Source: Acidimicrobiia bacterium | GTDB lineage: Bacteria > Actinomycetota > Acidimicrobiia > IMCC26256 > PALSA-555 | Reading direction: 5' to 3' | DNA: 64,000 nt | Assembly: GCA_046484625.1 (NCBI GenBank) | Contig: JAWOIO010000127.1 | Location: 3,378-67,377, forward strand | In this document: piece after piece, positions 53,575 to 61,715 of the stretch | Position numbering within the stretch: position 1 is the first letter of the stretch | Layout of the letters: every line of letters starts with the position of its first letter | The notes under the pieces: model-generated | The model's input: the letters and a program-made list of their open reading frames with translations, nothing else | What the model was told of the DNA's origin: nothing | Databases searched by the model: none | Made by a program: the position numbers and the translations under genes

Positions 53575-53628
53575 TCGACTGTCACACCCGGCCCGACTGT
53601 CACACCCTGCCCGACTGTCACACCCTGG
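53575..53628 (+). repeat. 3 x 18-bp direct repeat carrying CGACTGTCACACCC in the LysM-gene leader
   Basis: Units begin at 53575, 53593 and 53611. The core TGTCACAC is the same octamer as in the second recA promoter candidate. Confidence 0.85.
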
Positions 53629-53730
53629 TGGTTCGATCTCCGGGTGGACGCACGACACCAGATCACACCAGTCCCAGACCGCCCCGCTCGGGTCCCGGCG
53701 ACCCGAGCCCAGACCCAGGAATCGCACCAG

Positions 53731-54204
53731 ATGGCTGCCGTCACGACCGTCCCCGGCTTCGGAGTGGCAACGGGTCCCGCAACCCGTCGCTGCACGCCGC
53801 GCGCTGCCACGCGCGGTCGCCGGTGTTCGCCCACCACGTACCGGCGCCGCCGTTTGGCGGCGCTGCTGGTGTCGGTGGGCCTGGTGGTCGTGGCCGCACA
53901 GGCGGGTGCTGCGCTCGGGGGCTCCTCCCTCGCTGCTTCCGAGCGCCGCCCGACCTCGCAGCCCGGCACCGCGCCGGGCGCCCCGGAGGCCGACACGGCC
54001 GGCCTCCGGGAGATCCCCGGTCCGGAAGTTCCCGGTCGGGAGATGCCGAGCCGGGAAATTGTGGTCCGTCCCGGCGACACGTTGTGGGCCATCGCGGTCC
54101 GCCTGGCGCCCGACGAGGACCCGCGTTCGCTCGTCGACGAGCTCATGGCGGCCCGCGACGGCGCTCCGCTCGAGCCCGGCGAGGTCATCGTCGTCCCAAC
54201 CTGA
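53731..54204 (+). CDS. LysM domain membrane protein (ChiZ-like, SOS-associated)
   Basis: Arg-rich N-terminus, one TM helix (LAALLVSVGLVVVAAQAG) and a C-terminal LysM (IVVRPGDTLWAIAVRL...LEPGEVIVVP). The lexA / LysM gene / nrdR order matches mycobacterial Rv2720-Rv2719c-Rv2718c. GTG 53644 is an alternative start. Confidence 0.8.
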   Translation: MAAVTTVPGFGVATGPATRRCTPRAATRGRRCSPTTYRRRRLAALLVSVGLVVVAAQAGAALGGSSLAASERRPTSQPGTAPGAPEADTAGLREIPGPEVPGREMPSREIVVRPGDTLWAIAVRLAPDEDPRSLVDELMAARDGAPLEPGEVIVVPT

Positions 54205-54299
54205 GCCGTGCCCGTACGGATCGTCGGCCGAACCGATCTGCTGACGCCAAAACGCAGCGAGTCACGGTCGGCCGTCCGGCGGAGGGCTACGGTCGGGCG

Positions 54300-54782
54300 A
54301 TGCGCTGCCCGTACTGCGAGGTCGACGACGACAAGGTCGTCGACTCGCGTCCGGTCGACGGGGGCGGGTCCGTGCGCCGTCGGCGCGAGTGCCTCGGGTG
54401 CGGCCGCCGCTACACGACCCACGAACGACCCGTCGAGCTGCCGCTCATGGTGGTCAAGCGCTCGGGCCTCAAGGAACCGTTCGACCGCGCGAAGCTCATC
54501 GGCGGGATCGCCAAGGCGCTCGCCGACGGGGTCGTGACGGCCGAGGCGCTCGACGCGATCGCCGCGGAGATCGAGGAGGACGCCCGGGCCGCGGGCCCCG
54601 AGGTCGCGACCGAGACCCTGGGGAGGGCCGTGCTGGAGCGCCTGCGGGTGCTCGACCCGATCTCGTACCTGCGCTTCGCGTCGGTCTACAAGGGCTTCGA
54701 CGCCGTGGCCGACTTCGAGCGCGAGGTCGTCGCCCTGCGCAAGACCACGGCGCCGAAGCGGCGCCGCGGTCGTTCCGGATGA
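54300..54782 (+). CDS. nrdR: transcriptional repressor NrdR
   Basis: MRCPYCEVDDDKVVDSRPVDGGGSVRRRRECLGCGRRYTTHER (zinc ribbon) followed by an ATP-cone. Confidence 0.95.
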   Translation: MRCPYCEVDDDKVVDSRPVDGGGSVRRRRECLGCGRRYTTHERPVELPLMVVKRSGLKEPFDRAKLIGGIAKALADGVVTAEALDAIAAEIEEDARAAGPEVATETLGRAVLERLRVLDPISYLRFASVYKGFDAVADFEREVVALRKTTAPKRRRGRSG

Positions 54783-54855
54783 GCCGGATCGGGGCCGCGG
54801 AGCCAGCCCGCGAGCGGGGCCCGGAAGATTTCTTCGCCTGTGGCCAAAGTGACCA

Positions 54856-54885
54856 TTGACACAGGTGGAATTTCAGTGGTGTAAT
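54856..54885 (+). promoter_or_regulatory. nrdJ promoter candidate
   Basis: TTGACA (54856-54861), 18-nt spacer, TGTAAT (54880-54885), within a locally AT-richer stretch. Confidence 0.55.
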
Positions 54886-54887
54886 TC

Positions 54888-54977
54888 ACCCCGCATCTCG
54901 TAGGCAGGGGAGTGTGGACCACCAGATCTGGTGGTCCCGTAGAGTTGGTGGTCCATAGAGTTGGTGGTCCACACTCC
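54888..54977 (+). promoter_or_regulatory. NrdR-box-like sites plus nested palindromes and direct repeats in the nrdJ leader
   Basis: CCACCAGATCTGGTGG (54919-54934) fits all strongly conserved positions of the NrdR box acaCwAtATaTwGtgt. A weaker site, ACCCCGCATCTCGTAG (54888-54903), lies 31 bp centre-to-centre. GGAGTGTGGACCAC (54909-54922) pairs with GTGGTCCACACTCC (54964-54977). TAGAGTTGGTGGTCC occurs twice, within units starting at 54938 and 54955. Confidence 0.6.
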
Positions 54978-55097
54978 TCGGTCGCCGGGACGGCAACATC
55001 CAGACCAGGCCCAGCACCACCGCACCACCGGCACGACGTACACCCGACCCCCAGACGAGGTCGGCCCCGCGCCGACCGCAGGAGAGAGGAACCACGC

Positions 55098-58000
55098 ATG
55101 GCGATTGCGCCGGAGCAGATCGGCATCGGTATCCGCCGATACTTCACCCAGCCCGGAGTGCACCCGTACGACACCGTCGAGTGGGAGCAGCGCGACGCCA
55201 GGATCCAGAACTTCAAGGACGGCACCGATGCCTTCCTCCAGACCGACGTGGAGTTCCCCGTCGCCTGGTCGCAGAACGCGACGAACATCGTGGCCCAGAA
55301 GTACTTCCGCGGGACGCTCGACACCGACGAGCGTGAGTGGTCGCTCAAGCAGGTGATCGACCGCGTCACCGACACGATCACCGCGTGGGGTGTGCGCGAC
55401 GGCTACTTCGTCGACGAGCAGGAGGGCGCCGCGTTCCGCAACGAGCTCAAGTACGTGCTGCTGCACCAGCGCGCTGCGTTCAACTCGCCGGTGTGGTTCA
55501 ACATCGGCGTGCAGGGGGTTCCGAAGCAGGCGTCGGCGTGCTTCATCCTCGCGGTCGAGGACACGATGGACGGCATCCTCAACTGGTACCGCGAAGAGGG
55601 GACGATCTTCAAGGGTGGGTCGGGATCGGGGATCAACCTCTCCAACATCCGTTCCTCGCGCGAGCACCTCGCCGGTGGCGGCACCGCGAGCGGCCCGGTG
55701 AGCTTCATGCGCGGCGCCGACGCCTCGGCGGGCACGATCAAGAGCGGGGGCAAGACGCGGCGCGCCGCGAAGATGGTCATCCTCAACGTCGACCACCCCG
55801 ACGTCGAGGAGTTCATCTGGTGCAAGGCCCGAGAGGAGCGCAAGGCCCGAGTCCTCAAGGACGCCGGCTTCGACATGGACCTCGACGGGATCGACTCGCA
55901 TTCCATCCAGTACCAGAACGCCAACAACTCGGTGCGCGTCACCGACGAGTTCATGAACGCCGTCGTCGAGGGCACCGACTGGGACCTCACGGCGGTGCGG
56001 AGCGACGAGTCGCTCAAGACGGTGCGTGCGCGCGACCTGATGCGCGCGATCGCCGAGGCCGCGTGGGAGTGCGCCGACCCCGGGATGCAGTACGACACCA
56101 CGATCAACGCGTGGCACACCGCACCCAACACCGGCCGCATCAACGCCTCCAACCCGTGCTCGGAGTACATGCACTTGGACAACTCCGCGTGCAACCTGTC
56201 GAGCATCAACCTGCTCGAGTACCTCAACAACGACGGGTCGTTCGACATCGAGGGCTTCGAGCACACGGTCGAGGTGATGTTCACGGCCCAGGAGATCCTC
56301 GTGGGCAACGCCGACTACCCGACCGAGGCGATCGGCGACAACAGCCGCAAGTTCCGCCAGCTCGGCCTCGGCTACGCGAACCTCGGCGCGCTCCTCATGG
56401 CCCAGGGCCTCGCGTACGACTCCGACGAGGGCCGCGCCTGGGCGGGTGCGATCACCGCGCTCCTCACCGGGCACGCCTACGCCACGAGCGCGCGCACCGC
56501 GGGCCGGATGGGCCCGTTCGCCGGCTTCGCCGAGAACGCCGAGCCGATGCTCGATGTGCTGCGCAAGCATCGGCGGGAGACCGCGAGCATCGACGAGGAC
56601 CTCGTCCCGGTCGAGCTGCTCAGTGCCGCGCAGCGGTCCTGGGACGAGGCCGTCGAGGTCGGCGAGATCCACGGCGTGCGCAACTCCCAGGCGACCGTCC
56701 TGGCACCGACCGGCACGATCGGGCTGATGATGGATTGCGACACCACTGGCATCGAGCCCGACCTCGCGCTCACCAAGTCGAAGAAGCTGGTGGGTGGGGG
56801 GACGATGCTGATCGTCAACCAGACGATCCCGCGGGCGCTCCGCAAGCTCGGGTACACCAACGAGCAGGCCGATGCGATCGTGGCGCACATCAACGAGCAC
56901 AAGTCGATCCTCGGTGCGCCCCACTTCAAGGAAGAGCACCTGCCGGTGTTCGCGTGCTCCATGGGCGACAACACGATCCACTACATGGGCCACGTGAAGA
57001 TGATGGCGGCCGTGCAGCCCTTCATCTCGGGAGCAATCTCGAAGTGCGTCACCGGCGACACGCTGGTGACCACCTCCGACGGGCTCGTGCGGATCGGGTC
57101 GCTCCATCGCGGTGAGTCGGCCGACAGCTTCCGCAACGAGATCCTCGAGGTCGCGTCGCTCGACGGCACGCAGAAGACCGACGCCTTCTACTACGGCGGG
57201 CACCGCCAGGTGCGCGAGGTCACGCTGCGGTCGGGCCACCGCGTGCAGGCGACCCCCAACCATCGGCTCCTCGTCGCTCGCGACGGTGGGCTCGACTGGG
57301 TGGCCACCGAGGACCTCGAGCTCGGGGAGTGGGTTGCCGTCCAGTACGGCGACGACCTCTGGTCGACGCTTCCCGCGCGCTTCGACGACTTCACCCCGTC
57401 CGCCGCGTACGGCAACCAGAAGTCGGTGCGGATCCCGACGGAGATGAGCGAGGAGCTCGCGTTCCTGCTCGGCGCGTACATCTCGGAGGGCCACACCACG
57501 CGCTCGAACTGGACGGTCACGATCACCAACTCGGTCCCGTCGGTCCTCGACCGCGTCGCGGCCGCGTGGCGCGACGAGTTCGGTGTGGAGGCAAGGCTCG
57601 AGGTCCGCGACGACCGGTGCGCCCAGGTGCACGCCTCGTCGAAGACGATCGTCGAGCTCCTCGAGCACCTCGGGTGTGGCGAACGGGCGTCGGAGAAGCG
57701 GATCCCCGACGTCGTCCTGCGCTCGCCGAAGGAGATCGTGCTCGCGTTCCTCCAGGGGCTCGCGCTCGACGCGTACGTGACGACCTCGACGGCACCCAAG
57801 TGGGCGATCTGCATGGACTCTCCAGGGCTGCTCGACGACCTCCAAGCGATCCTCACGAACCTGGGGATCGTCCACGGACGCGTCTCGAAGGCGAATCCGC
57901 AGTACGCCAAGTCCTACGACGAGGTGTACGTGACCGGCGAGGATGCCCAGCAGCTCGTCGGGCTCGTCCCGTTCCTCGAGCCCGAGAAGGCCGAGCGGGC

Positions 58001-59261
58001 CGAGCGCCTGCTCGACCTGACGATCCAGCGCGCGCACGACACCGCCGACGTCGTCCCGGGCATCACACCTCGCGAGCTCTACGGCCTCCTGCCGAAGGGT
58101 CGGCCGGGTCGGAGCGGGCGGGGCACCGGGGTCTCGCGGGAGTTCGCGTTCCTCTGCGACCCGCGCACCACGCATGTCACCCGGCGCACCGTCGAGCGGG
58201 TCGCCCGGGTCGGGGGAGTGCACCTCCCGACCTGGCTCCAGACGGTGCTCGTCGACAACCTGCACTTCAGCCCGGTCCAGGCGGTTCGAGACGGTGACGT
58301 CGTCGACGTGTTCGACCTCTCGGTGCCGGCGACGCACGCCTTCGTCGGCAACGGCATCGTGAACCACAACACGGTCAACATGCCGGAGGAGGCGACGGTC
58401 GAAGATGTCGAGGAGCTGTACCTCGAGGGATGGCGCCTCGGCCTGAAGGCCGTCGCCATCTACCGCGACAACTGCAAGGTCGGCCAGCCCCTCTCCACCC
58501 AGAAGAAGGCGAGCGCGGCTGCCGACCCGGGTGCGGCCGAGATGTCCACCGCGGTCGTCGACGCGCTCACCCAGCAGGTCGAGCGCATCGTCGAGACGGT
58601 GATCGTCCAGCAGCCCGTCCGCCAGAAGCTCGGACGGGTCCGGACCTCGAAGACGTTCTCCTTCCGGGTGGCCGACTGCCACGGGTACGCGACCGTCGGG
58701 GAGTTCGAGGACGGGCGTCCCGGCGAGGTGTTCCTGAAGGTCGCCAAGCAGGGCTCGACGCTCGCCGGGATCATGGACGCGTTCGCGATCTCGGTGAGCA
58801 TGGGGCTCCAGTACGGAGTGCCCCTGCGGGCGTTCGTCGAGAAGTTCACGAACATGCGCTTCGAGCCGGCCGGCATGACCGACGACCCGGACCTGCGGTT
58901 CGCGACGAGCCTCGTCGACTACATCTTCCGGCGCCTCGCGGTCGAGTACATGGACCCGCAGGAGCGGGCCGACCTGGGCGTGCTCACGGTGCACGAGCGG
59001 CTGGAGCCGACCCTGCCGGGTGTCGAGGAGGCGGCGACGCCCACGTCGAAGGGCCAGGACCTCCTGCCGCCCGAGGACCGTGCCCCCGCGGACTCGCTCT
59101 TGGACGCCCCACCGGAGGTGTCCGAGCCGGTGGCCGAGGCGCCGCCGGCTCGGGCGATGGAGGCCGAGGTGGTGCTCTGCTACGTGTGCGGTGACATCAT
59201 GCAGCGCGCCGGGTCCTGCCACGCCTGCCCGTCGTGCGGCGCCACGAGCGGCTGCTCGTAG
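55098..59261 (+). CDS. nrdJ: adenosylcobalamin-dependent (class II) ribonucleotide reductase NrdJ, intein-containing precursor
   Basis: MAIAPEQIGIGIRRYFTQPGVHPYD...AQKYFRG..., ASACFIL, NPCSEY, a C-terminal Cys cluster CYVCGDIMQRAGSCHACPSCG, and RBS GGAGAGAGG. The extein motif GAISK|TVNMP is split by a 442-codon insertion. Confidence 0.95.
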   Translation: MAIAPEQIGIGIRRYFTQPGVHPYDTVEWEQRDARIQNFKDGTDAFLQTDVEFPVAWSQNATNIVAQKYFRGTLDTDEREWSLKQVIDRVTDTITAWGVRDGYFVDEQEGAAFRNELKYVLLHQRAAFNSPVWFNIGVQGVPKQASACFILAVEDTMDGILNWYREEGTIFKGGSGSGINLSNIRSSREHLAGGGTASGPVSFMRGADASAGTIKSGGKTRRAAKMVILNVDHPDVEEFIWCKAREERKARVLKDAGFDMDLDGIDSHSIQYQNANNSVRVTDEFMNAVVEGTDWDLTAVRSDESLKTVRARDLMRAIAEAAWECADPGMQYDTTINAWHTAPNTGRINASNPCSEYMHLDNSACNLSSINLLEYLNNDGSFDIEGFEHTVEVMFTAQEILVGNADYPTEAIGDNSRKFRQLGLGYANLGALLMAQGLAYDSDEGRAWAGAITALLTGHAYATSARTAGRMGPFAGFAENAEPMLDVLRKHRRETASIDEDLVPVELLSAAQRSWDEAVEVGEIHGVRNSQATVLAPTGTIGLMMDCDTTGIEPDLALTKSKKLVGGGTMLIVNQTIPRALRKLGYTNEQADAIVAHINEHKSILGAPHFKEEHLPVFACSMGDNTIHYMGHVKMMAAVQPFISGAISKCVTGDTLVTTSDGLVRIGSLHRGESADSFRNEILEVASLDGTQKTDAFYYGGHRQVREVTLRSGHRVQATPNHRLLVARDGGLDWVATEDLELGEWVAVQYGDDLWSTLPARFDDFTPSAAYGNQKSVRIPTEMSEELAFLLGAYISEGHTTRSNWTVTITNSVPSVLDRVAAAWRDEFGVEARLEVRDDRCAQVHASSKTIVELLEHLGCGERASEKRIPDVVLRSPKEIVLAFLQGLALDAYVTTSTAPKWAICMDSPGLLDDLQAILTNLGIVHGRVSKANPQYAKSYDEVYVTGEDAQQLVGLVPFLEPEKAERAERLLDLTIQRAHDTADVVPGITPRELYGLLPKGRPGRSGRGTGVSREFAFLCDPRTTHVTRRTVERVARVGGVHLPTWLQTVLVDNLHFSPVQAVRDGDVVDVFDLSVPATHAFVGNGIVNHNTVNMPEEATVEDVEELYLEGWRLGLKAVAIYRDNCKVGQPLSTQKKASAAADPGAAEMSTAVVDALTQQVERIVETVIVQQPVRQKLGRVRTSKTFSFRVADCHGYATVGEFEDGRPGEVFLKVAKQGSTLAGIMDAFAISVSMGLQYGVPLRAFVEKFTNMRFEPAGMTDDPDLRFATSLVDYIFRRLAVEYMDPQERADLGVLTVHERLEPTLPGVEEAATPTSKGQDLLPPEDRAPADSLLDAPPEVSEPVAEAPPARAMEAEVVLCYVCGDIMQRAGSCHACPSCGATSGCS
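57045..58370 (+). mobile_element. intein with LAGLIDADG homing-endonuclease domain inserted in NrdJ
   Basis: Begins CVTGDTLV (block A) with TPNHRLL (block B). Two LAGLIDADG-like motifs (LAFLLGAYISEGH; VLAFLQGLALDAY). Ends VFDLSVPATHAFVGNGIVNHN, followed by the +1 Thr (TVNMP). Confidence 0.9.
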
Positions 59262-59272
59262 CGGAACGCCGC

Positions 59273-59302
59273 ACCGGTCCCCGTCAGCCGACGGGGACCG
59301 GT
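59273..59302. terminator. perfect 13-bp stem / 4-nt loop hairpin after nrdJ
   Basis: ACCGGTCCCCGTC (59273-59285), loop AGCC, GACGGGGACCGGT (59290-59302). It overlaps the stop of the convergent DUF2277-like ORF. Confidence 0.65.
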
Positions 59303-59427
59303 CCGAGGCCCAGGCGGGCCCGGACGTCGGGCCGACGCATGCGGACGAGCTGGCGCGCCGCGGCCTCGATCTCCTCGTCGGTCGCAAGAGGTTCGAGCCC
59401 GCGCAGCTCGGTGATGTTTCGGCACAT
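59284..59427 (-). CDS. DUF2277-like small protein (47 aa, apparently short)
   Basis: MCRNITELRGLEPLATDEEIEAAARQLVR resembles the DUF2277 N-terminus as I recall it (MCRNI..L...EPPAT.EEI.AAA.Q.VRK). The C-terminal residues are encoded by the terminator hairpin, so the gene may be truncated. Confidence 0.5.
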   Translation of the reverse strand: MCRNITELRGLEPLATDEEIEAAARQLVRMRRPDVRARLGLGPVPVG

Positions 59428-59437
59428 GGGCCGGATG

Positions 59438-59827
59438 CTACGCGGAGCGTGACCAGGGGGTCTCGGGGCGGGCCTGGGCCTCGCCGTCGATCGTGATGTC
59501 GACCCGCTCGTCGTAGAAGCAGACGAGGTCCCGCAGGCGCTCGGCGCTCTCGATCGGGCGTTCGTAGCTCCAGGCCAGGTCGCGGTGCTCGGTGTCATCG
59601 ATCCGGAGGGTCCAGTACGACGCCTGGCCCTTGAACGGGCAGACGGTCTCGGTGGTCGTGGCGTCGAGGAGGTCCATCCGCACGTCGGCGCGCGGGAAGT
59701 AGTGGCGGACGGGGAGCCCGGTCTCGAGCATCCCGACCGTGGCCGACGAGTCGGCGATGGTGACGCCGTCGACGCTCACGACGATCCGTCGGCGGTCCTC
59801 GTCGAACCCGAGCGCGTGTCCCTCCAT
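59438..59827 (-). CDS. DUF427 domain-containing protein
   Basis: 129 aa. YFPRADVRMDLL...TVCPFKGQASYW...AWSYERP...VCFY is the typical DUF427 pattern. Confidence 0.8.
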   Translation of the reverse strand: MEGHALGFDEDRRRIVVSVDGVTIADSSATVGMLETGLPVRHYFPRADVRMDLLDATTTETVCPFKGQASYWTLRIDDTEHRDLAWSYERPIESAERLRDLVCFYDERVDITIDGEAQARPETPWSRSA

Positions 59828-59862
59828 GCCGGTCAGTGTACGTGCAGCTCAGGGCGCGCCAC

Positions 59863-59983
59863 GATGGGCCCGGTGGAGCGCGTCGCGGTCGTCGGGATCT
59901 CGGTATCGGGGATGACCACGCTCGCGTCCACCCTTGCCCGGCCCCTCGGTGTCCCGCGCATCCCGACTTCGTCCGGCTCGGGT
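59863..59983 (+). pseudogene. possible remnant of a P-loop kinase-like gene (degenerate Walker A)
   Basis: MGPVERVAVVGISVSGMTTLASTLARPLGVPRI resembles the N-terminus of small AAA/adenylate-kinase-like proteins (..IAVIG.SGSGKTTLA..LA..LG.P.I), but Lys is replaced by Met. No credible continuation follows, and the 3' part runs into the antiporter gene. Confidence 0.25.
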
Positions 59984-61215
59984 CACCTCGGGCCGGCCGG
60001 CGCTTCCTCCGCTCCGTCGGCTGATCCCGCAGGTCGAGGTGCGGGCGCGCGACGCAGACGGTTCGTGATGGGGTCGGCGAACCGGGTGAGGACCGGACCG
60101 GCGATCGCGAGGATCAGCACGTAGGCGGCCGACAGCGGCACGAGGTCGGGTTCCACGGACGCGCCGATGGCGAGGCCCGCGATCACGATCGAGAACTCAC
60201 CGCGGGCGACGAGGATGCTCCCGGCGCGGACGCGACCTCGGGCCTGGATGCCCGCCCGGGCGGCCGCCCACCATCCGGTCCCGAACTTCGTGAATGCCGT
60301 GACGACCGCGAGCGCCGCCGCGGCGATCAACACCGGAGGAAGTGTCGCCGGGTCGATGCGGAGGCTGAAGAGCACGAAGAAGATCGCCGCGAACAGGTCA
60401 CGTAGCGGACCGATGAGGTTCGAGACGCGCTCCTGCACCGGCCCGGAGACCGCGATCCCGACGAGGAACGCTCCCACCGCGGCGCTCACCTCCAGCGCCT
60501 GCGCGGCGCCGGCGACGAGCAGGGTCAGACCGAGCACTCCGAGGAGCAGCGCCTCGTCGGTCCGGGCGGCCACCGCCCGCGACACGTGCGAGCCGAACCG
60601 CAGGGCGATCACCAGGACGACGGCCGCCGTCGAGAGCGCCAGCACCACGGCCACCACGGCTCGATCGAACGGCTCCGCCGCGAGCAACACGCCCACCACC
60701 GGGAGATAGGCCGCCATCACGAGATCCTCGATCACGAGGATCGTCAGGACGGTGGGTGTCTCACGGTTGCCGAGACGGCCGAGGTCGGTGAGCACCTTCG
60801 AGACCACGCCCGACGACGAGATGTAGGTGACGCCCGCGAGCAGGACCGCGGCGGTCGTGTCCCACCCGAGGAGCATCCCGGCGGCGAAGCCGGGAGTGGC
60901 GTTCGCGACCAGGTCCACGAGACCGGCACGCCAGCCCGCGCGAAGGCTGTGCTCGAGCTCGGCCGGCGAGTACTCGAGTCCGAGGGTGAACAGCAAGAGG
61001 ACGACGCCCAGCTCGGCGGCCACCTCCAGGAAGTCGCTCGAGAACGCGGGCGCGACGATCCCGCCCTGCCCGAAGAGGAGCCCGGCGCCGACGTAGGCGG
61101 GGATGGGGCTCACGCCGAGGCGGTCGGACAGGCGCGCGAGCGCCGCGAGGCCCAGCGCGATGGCGCCCAGCTCGACGAGCGCGAGCCCGAGATCGCCGGA
61201 GGCGGCAGCGAGCAT
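59983..61215 (-). CDS. cation:proton antiporter (CPA2 / Kef-type membrane domain)
   Basis: 410 aa, about 12 TM helices. LGVSPIPAYVGAGLLFGQGG...FLVGIAVS is typical of the Na+/H+ exchanger family. Confidence 0.88.
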   Translation of the reverse strand: MLAAASGDLGLALVELGAIALGLAALARLSDRLGVSPIPAYVGAGLLFGQGGIVAPAFSSDFLEVAAELGVVLLLFTLGLEYSPAELEHSLRAGWRAGLVDLVANATPGFAAGMLLGWDTTAAVLLAGVTYISSSGVVSKVLTDLGRLGNRETPTVLTILVIEDLVMAAYLPVVGVLLAAEPFDRAVVAVVLALSTAAVVLVIALRFGSHVSRAVAARTDEALLLGVLGLTLLVAGAAQALEVSAAVGAFLVGIAVSGPVQERVSNLIGPLRDLFAAIFFVLFSLRIDPATLPPVLIAAAALAVVTAFTKFGTGWWAAARAGIQARGRVRAGSILVARGEFSIVIAGLAIGASVEPDLVPLSAAYVLILAIAGPVLTRFADPITNRLRRAPAPRPAGSADGAEEAPAGPR

Positions 61216-61715
61216 CAGGCGCTACGCCGTTGCCCCAGGTGCTCGGCGAGCAGCGTGAGCCCCTCCGGTCGACCGACGGCGACGCACACGTCGCCGACCC
61301 GCATCATCGCGTCGGGGCCCGGTGCCGGGACAGCCGCGCCGTCCCTGATGATCGCGACGATCGAGACGCCCGTCTTCGTGTGGACGCCGGCATCGGCGAG
61401 CGACCGGCCCGCCCAGTCCGAGCCCGACTCCACGTCGACCCAGTCGATGCCGAGGCCGGCGACGTCCTGCTGGAGGGCGACGAGCTGCGCGGTCACGCGG
61501 GAGGCGCCGAGGAGCTCGGCCAGGGTGCGGGCGTCCTGGGTGTCGAGCCGGAGCGTCGAGATGCACGCGTCCGGATCGTCCTGGGAGTACACGAACAGTT
61601 CCCGTCGCCCCGTCCGGTGGACGAGGACACCGACCGGGTCTCCGGCGGCCGTCGTGAAGTCGTACCGCACGCCGGCGCCCGGCAGCTCGGTCTCGCGGAT
61701 CTCGTCCATCTCCAT
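61215..61715 (-). CDS. cation:proton antiporter regulatory subunit (KhtT-like, TrkA-C domain)
   Basis: 166 aa. MEMDEIRETELPGAGVRYDFTT..G..VGVLVHRTGRRELF..., with a C-terminal TrkA-C (GRSLADAGVHTKTGVSIVAIIRDG). Its stop overlaps the antiporter ATG by 1 nt. Confidence 0.8.
   Translation of the reverse strand: MEMDEIRETELPGAGVRYDFTTAAGDPVGVLVHRTGRRELFVYSQDDPDACISTLRLDTQDARTLAELLGASRVTAQLVALQQDVAGLGIDWVDVESGSDWAGRSLADAGVHTKTGVSIVAIIRDGAAVPAPGPDAMMRVGDVCVAVGRPEGLTLLAEHLGQRRSA

Noticed and set aside
53532-54782. 416-aa track ORF that begins with a repeated PDCHT/LDCHT peptide (encoded by the 18-bp repeats) and fuses into nrdR
   Set aside because: Its ATG lies inside the predicted -10 hexamer. Codon third positions are mixed in the first ~250 codons. 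It overlaps the well-supported LysM gene in another frame. Only the last 160 codons (NrdR, from ATG 54300) look real.
54783-55097. A cobalamin riboswitch upstream of the B12-dependent nrdJ
   Set aside because: I saw no B12-box-like core or the usual conserved junction sequences. The palindromes fit an NrdR operator better. A covariance-model scan would still be needed to exclude it formally.
54873-59387. Very long antisense ORFs opposite real genes: 1504 aa opposite nrdJ. Also 1668..3455 opposite proS, 8458..11439 opposite infB, 17079..20435 opposite pnp and the peptidase, 35710..37830 opposite ftsK, and 13998..16772.
   Set aside because: They are Arg/Gly/Pro/Asp-rich with no recognisable motifs, and each mirrors a well-supported gene on the other strand. 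In genomes with extreme GC3 bias the antisense frame is naturally depleted of stop codons. I treat them as artefacts.
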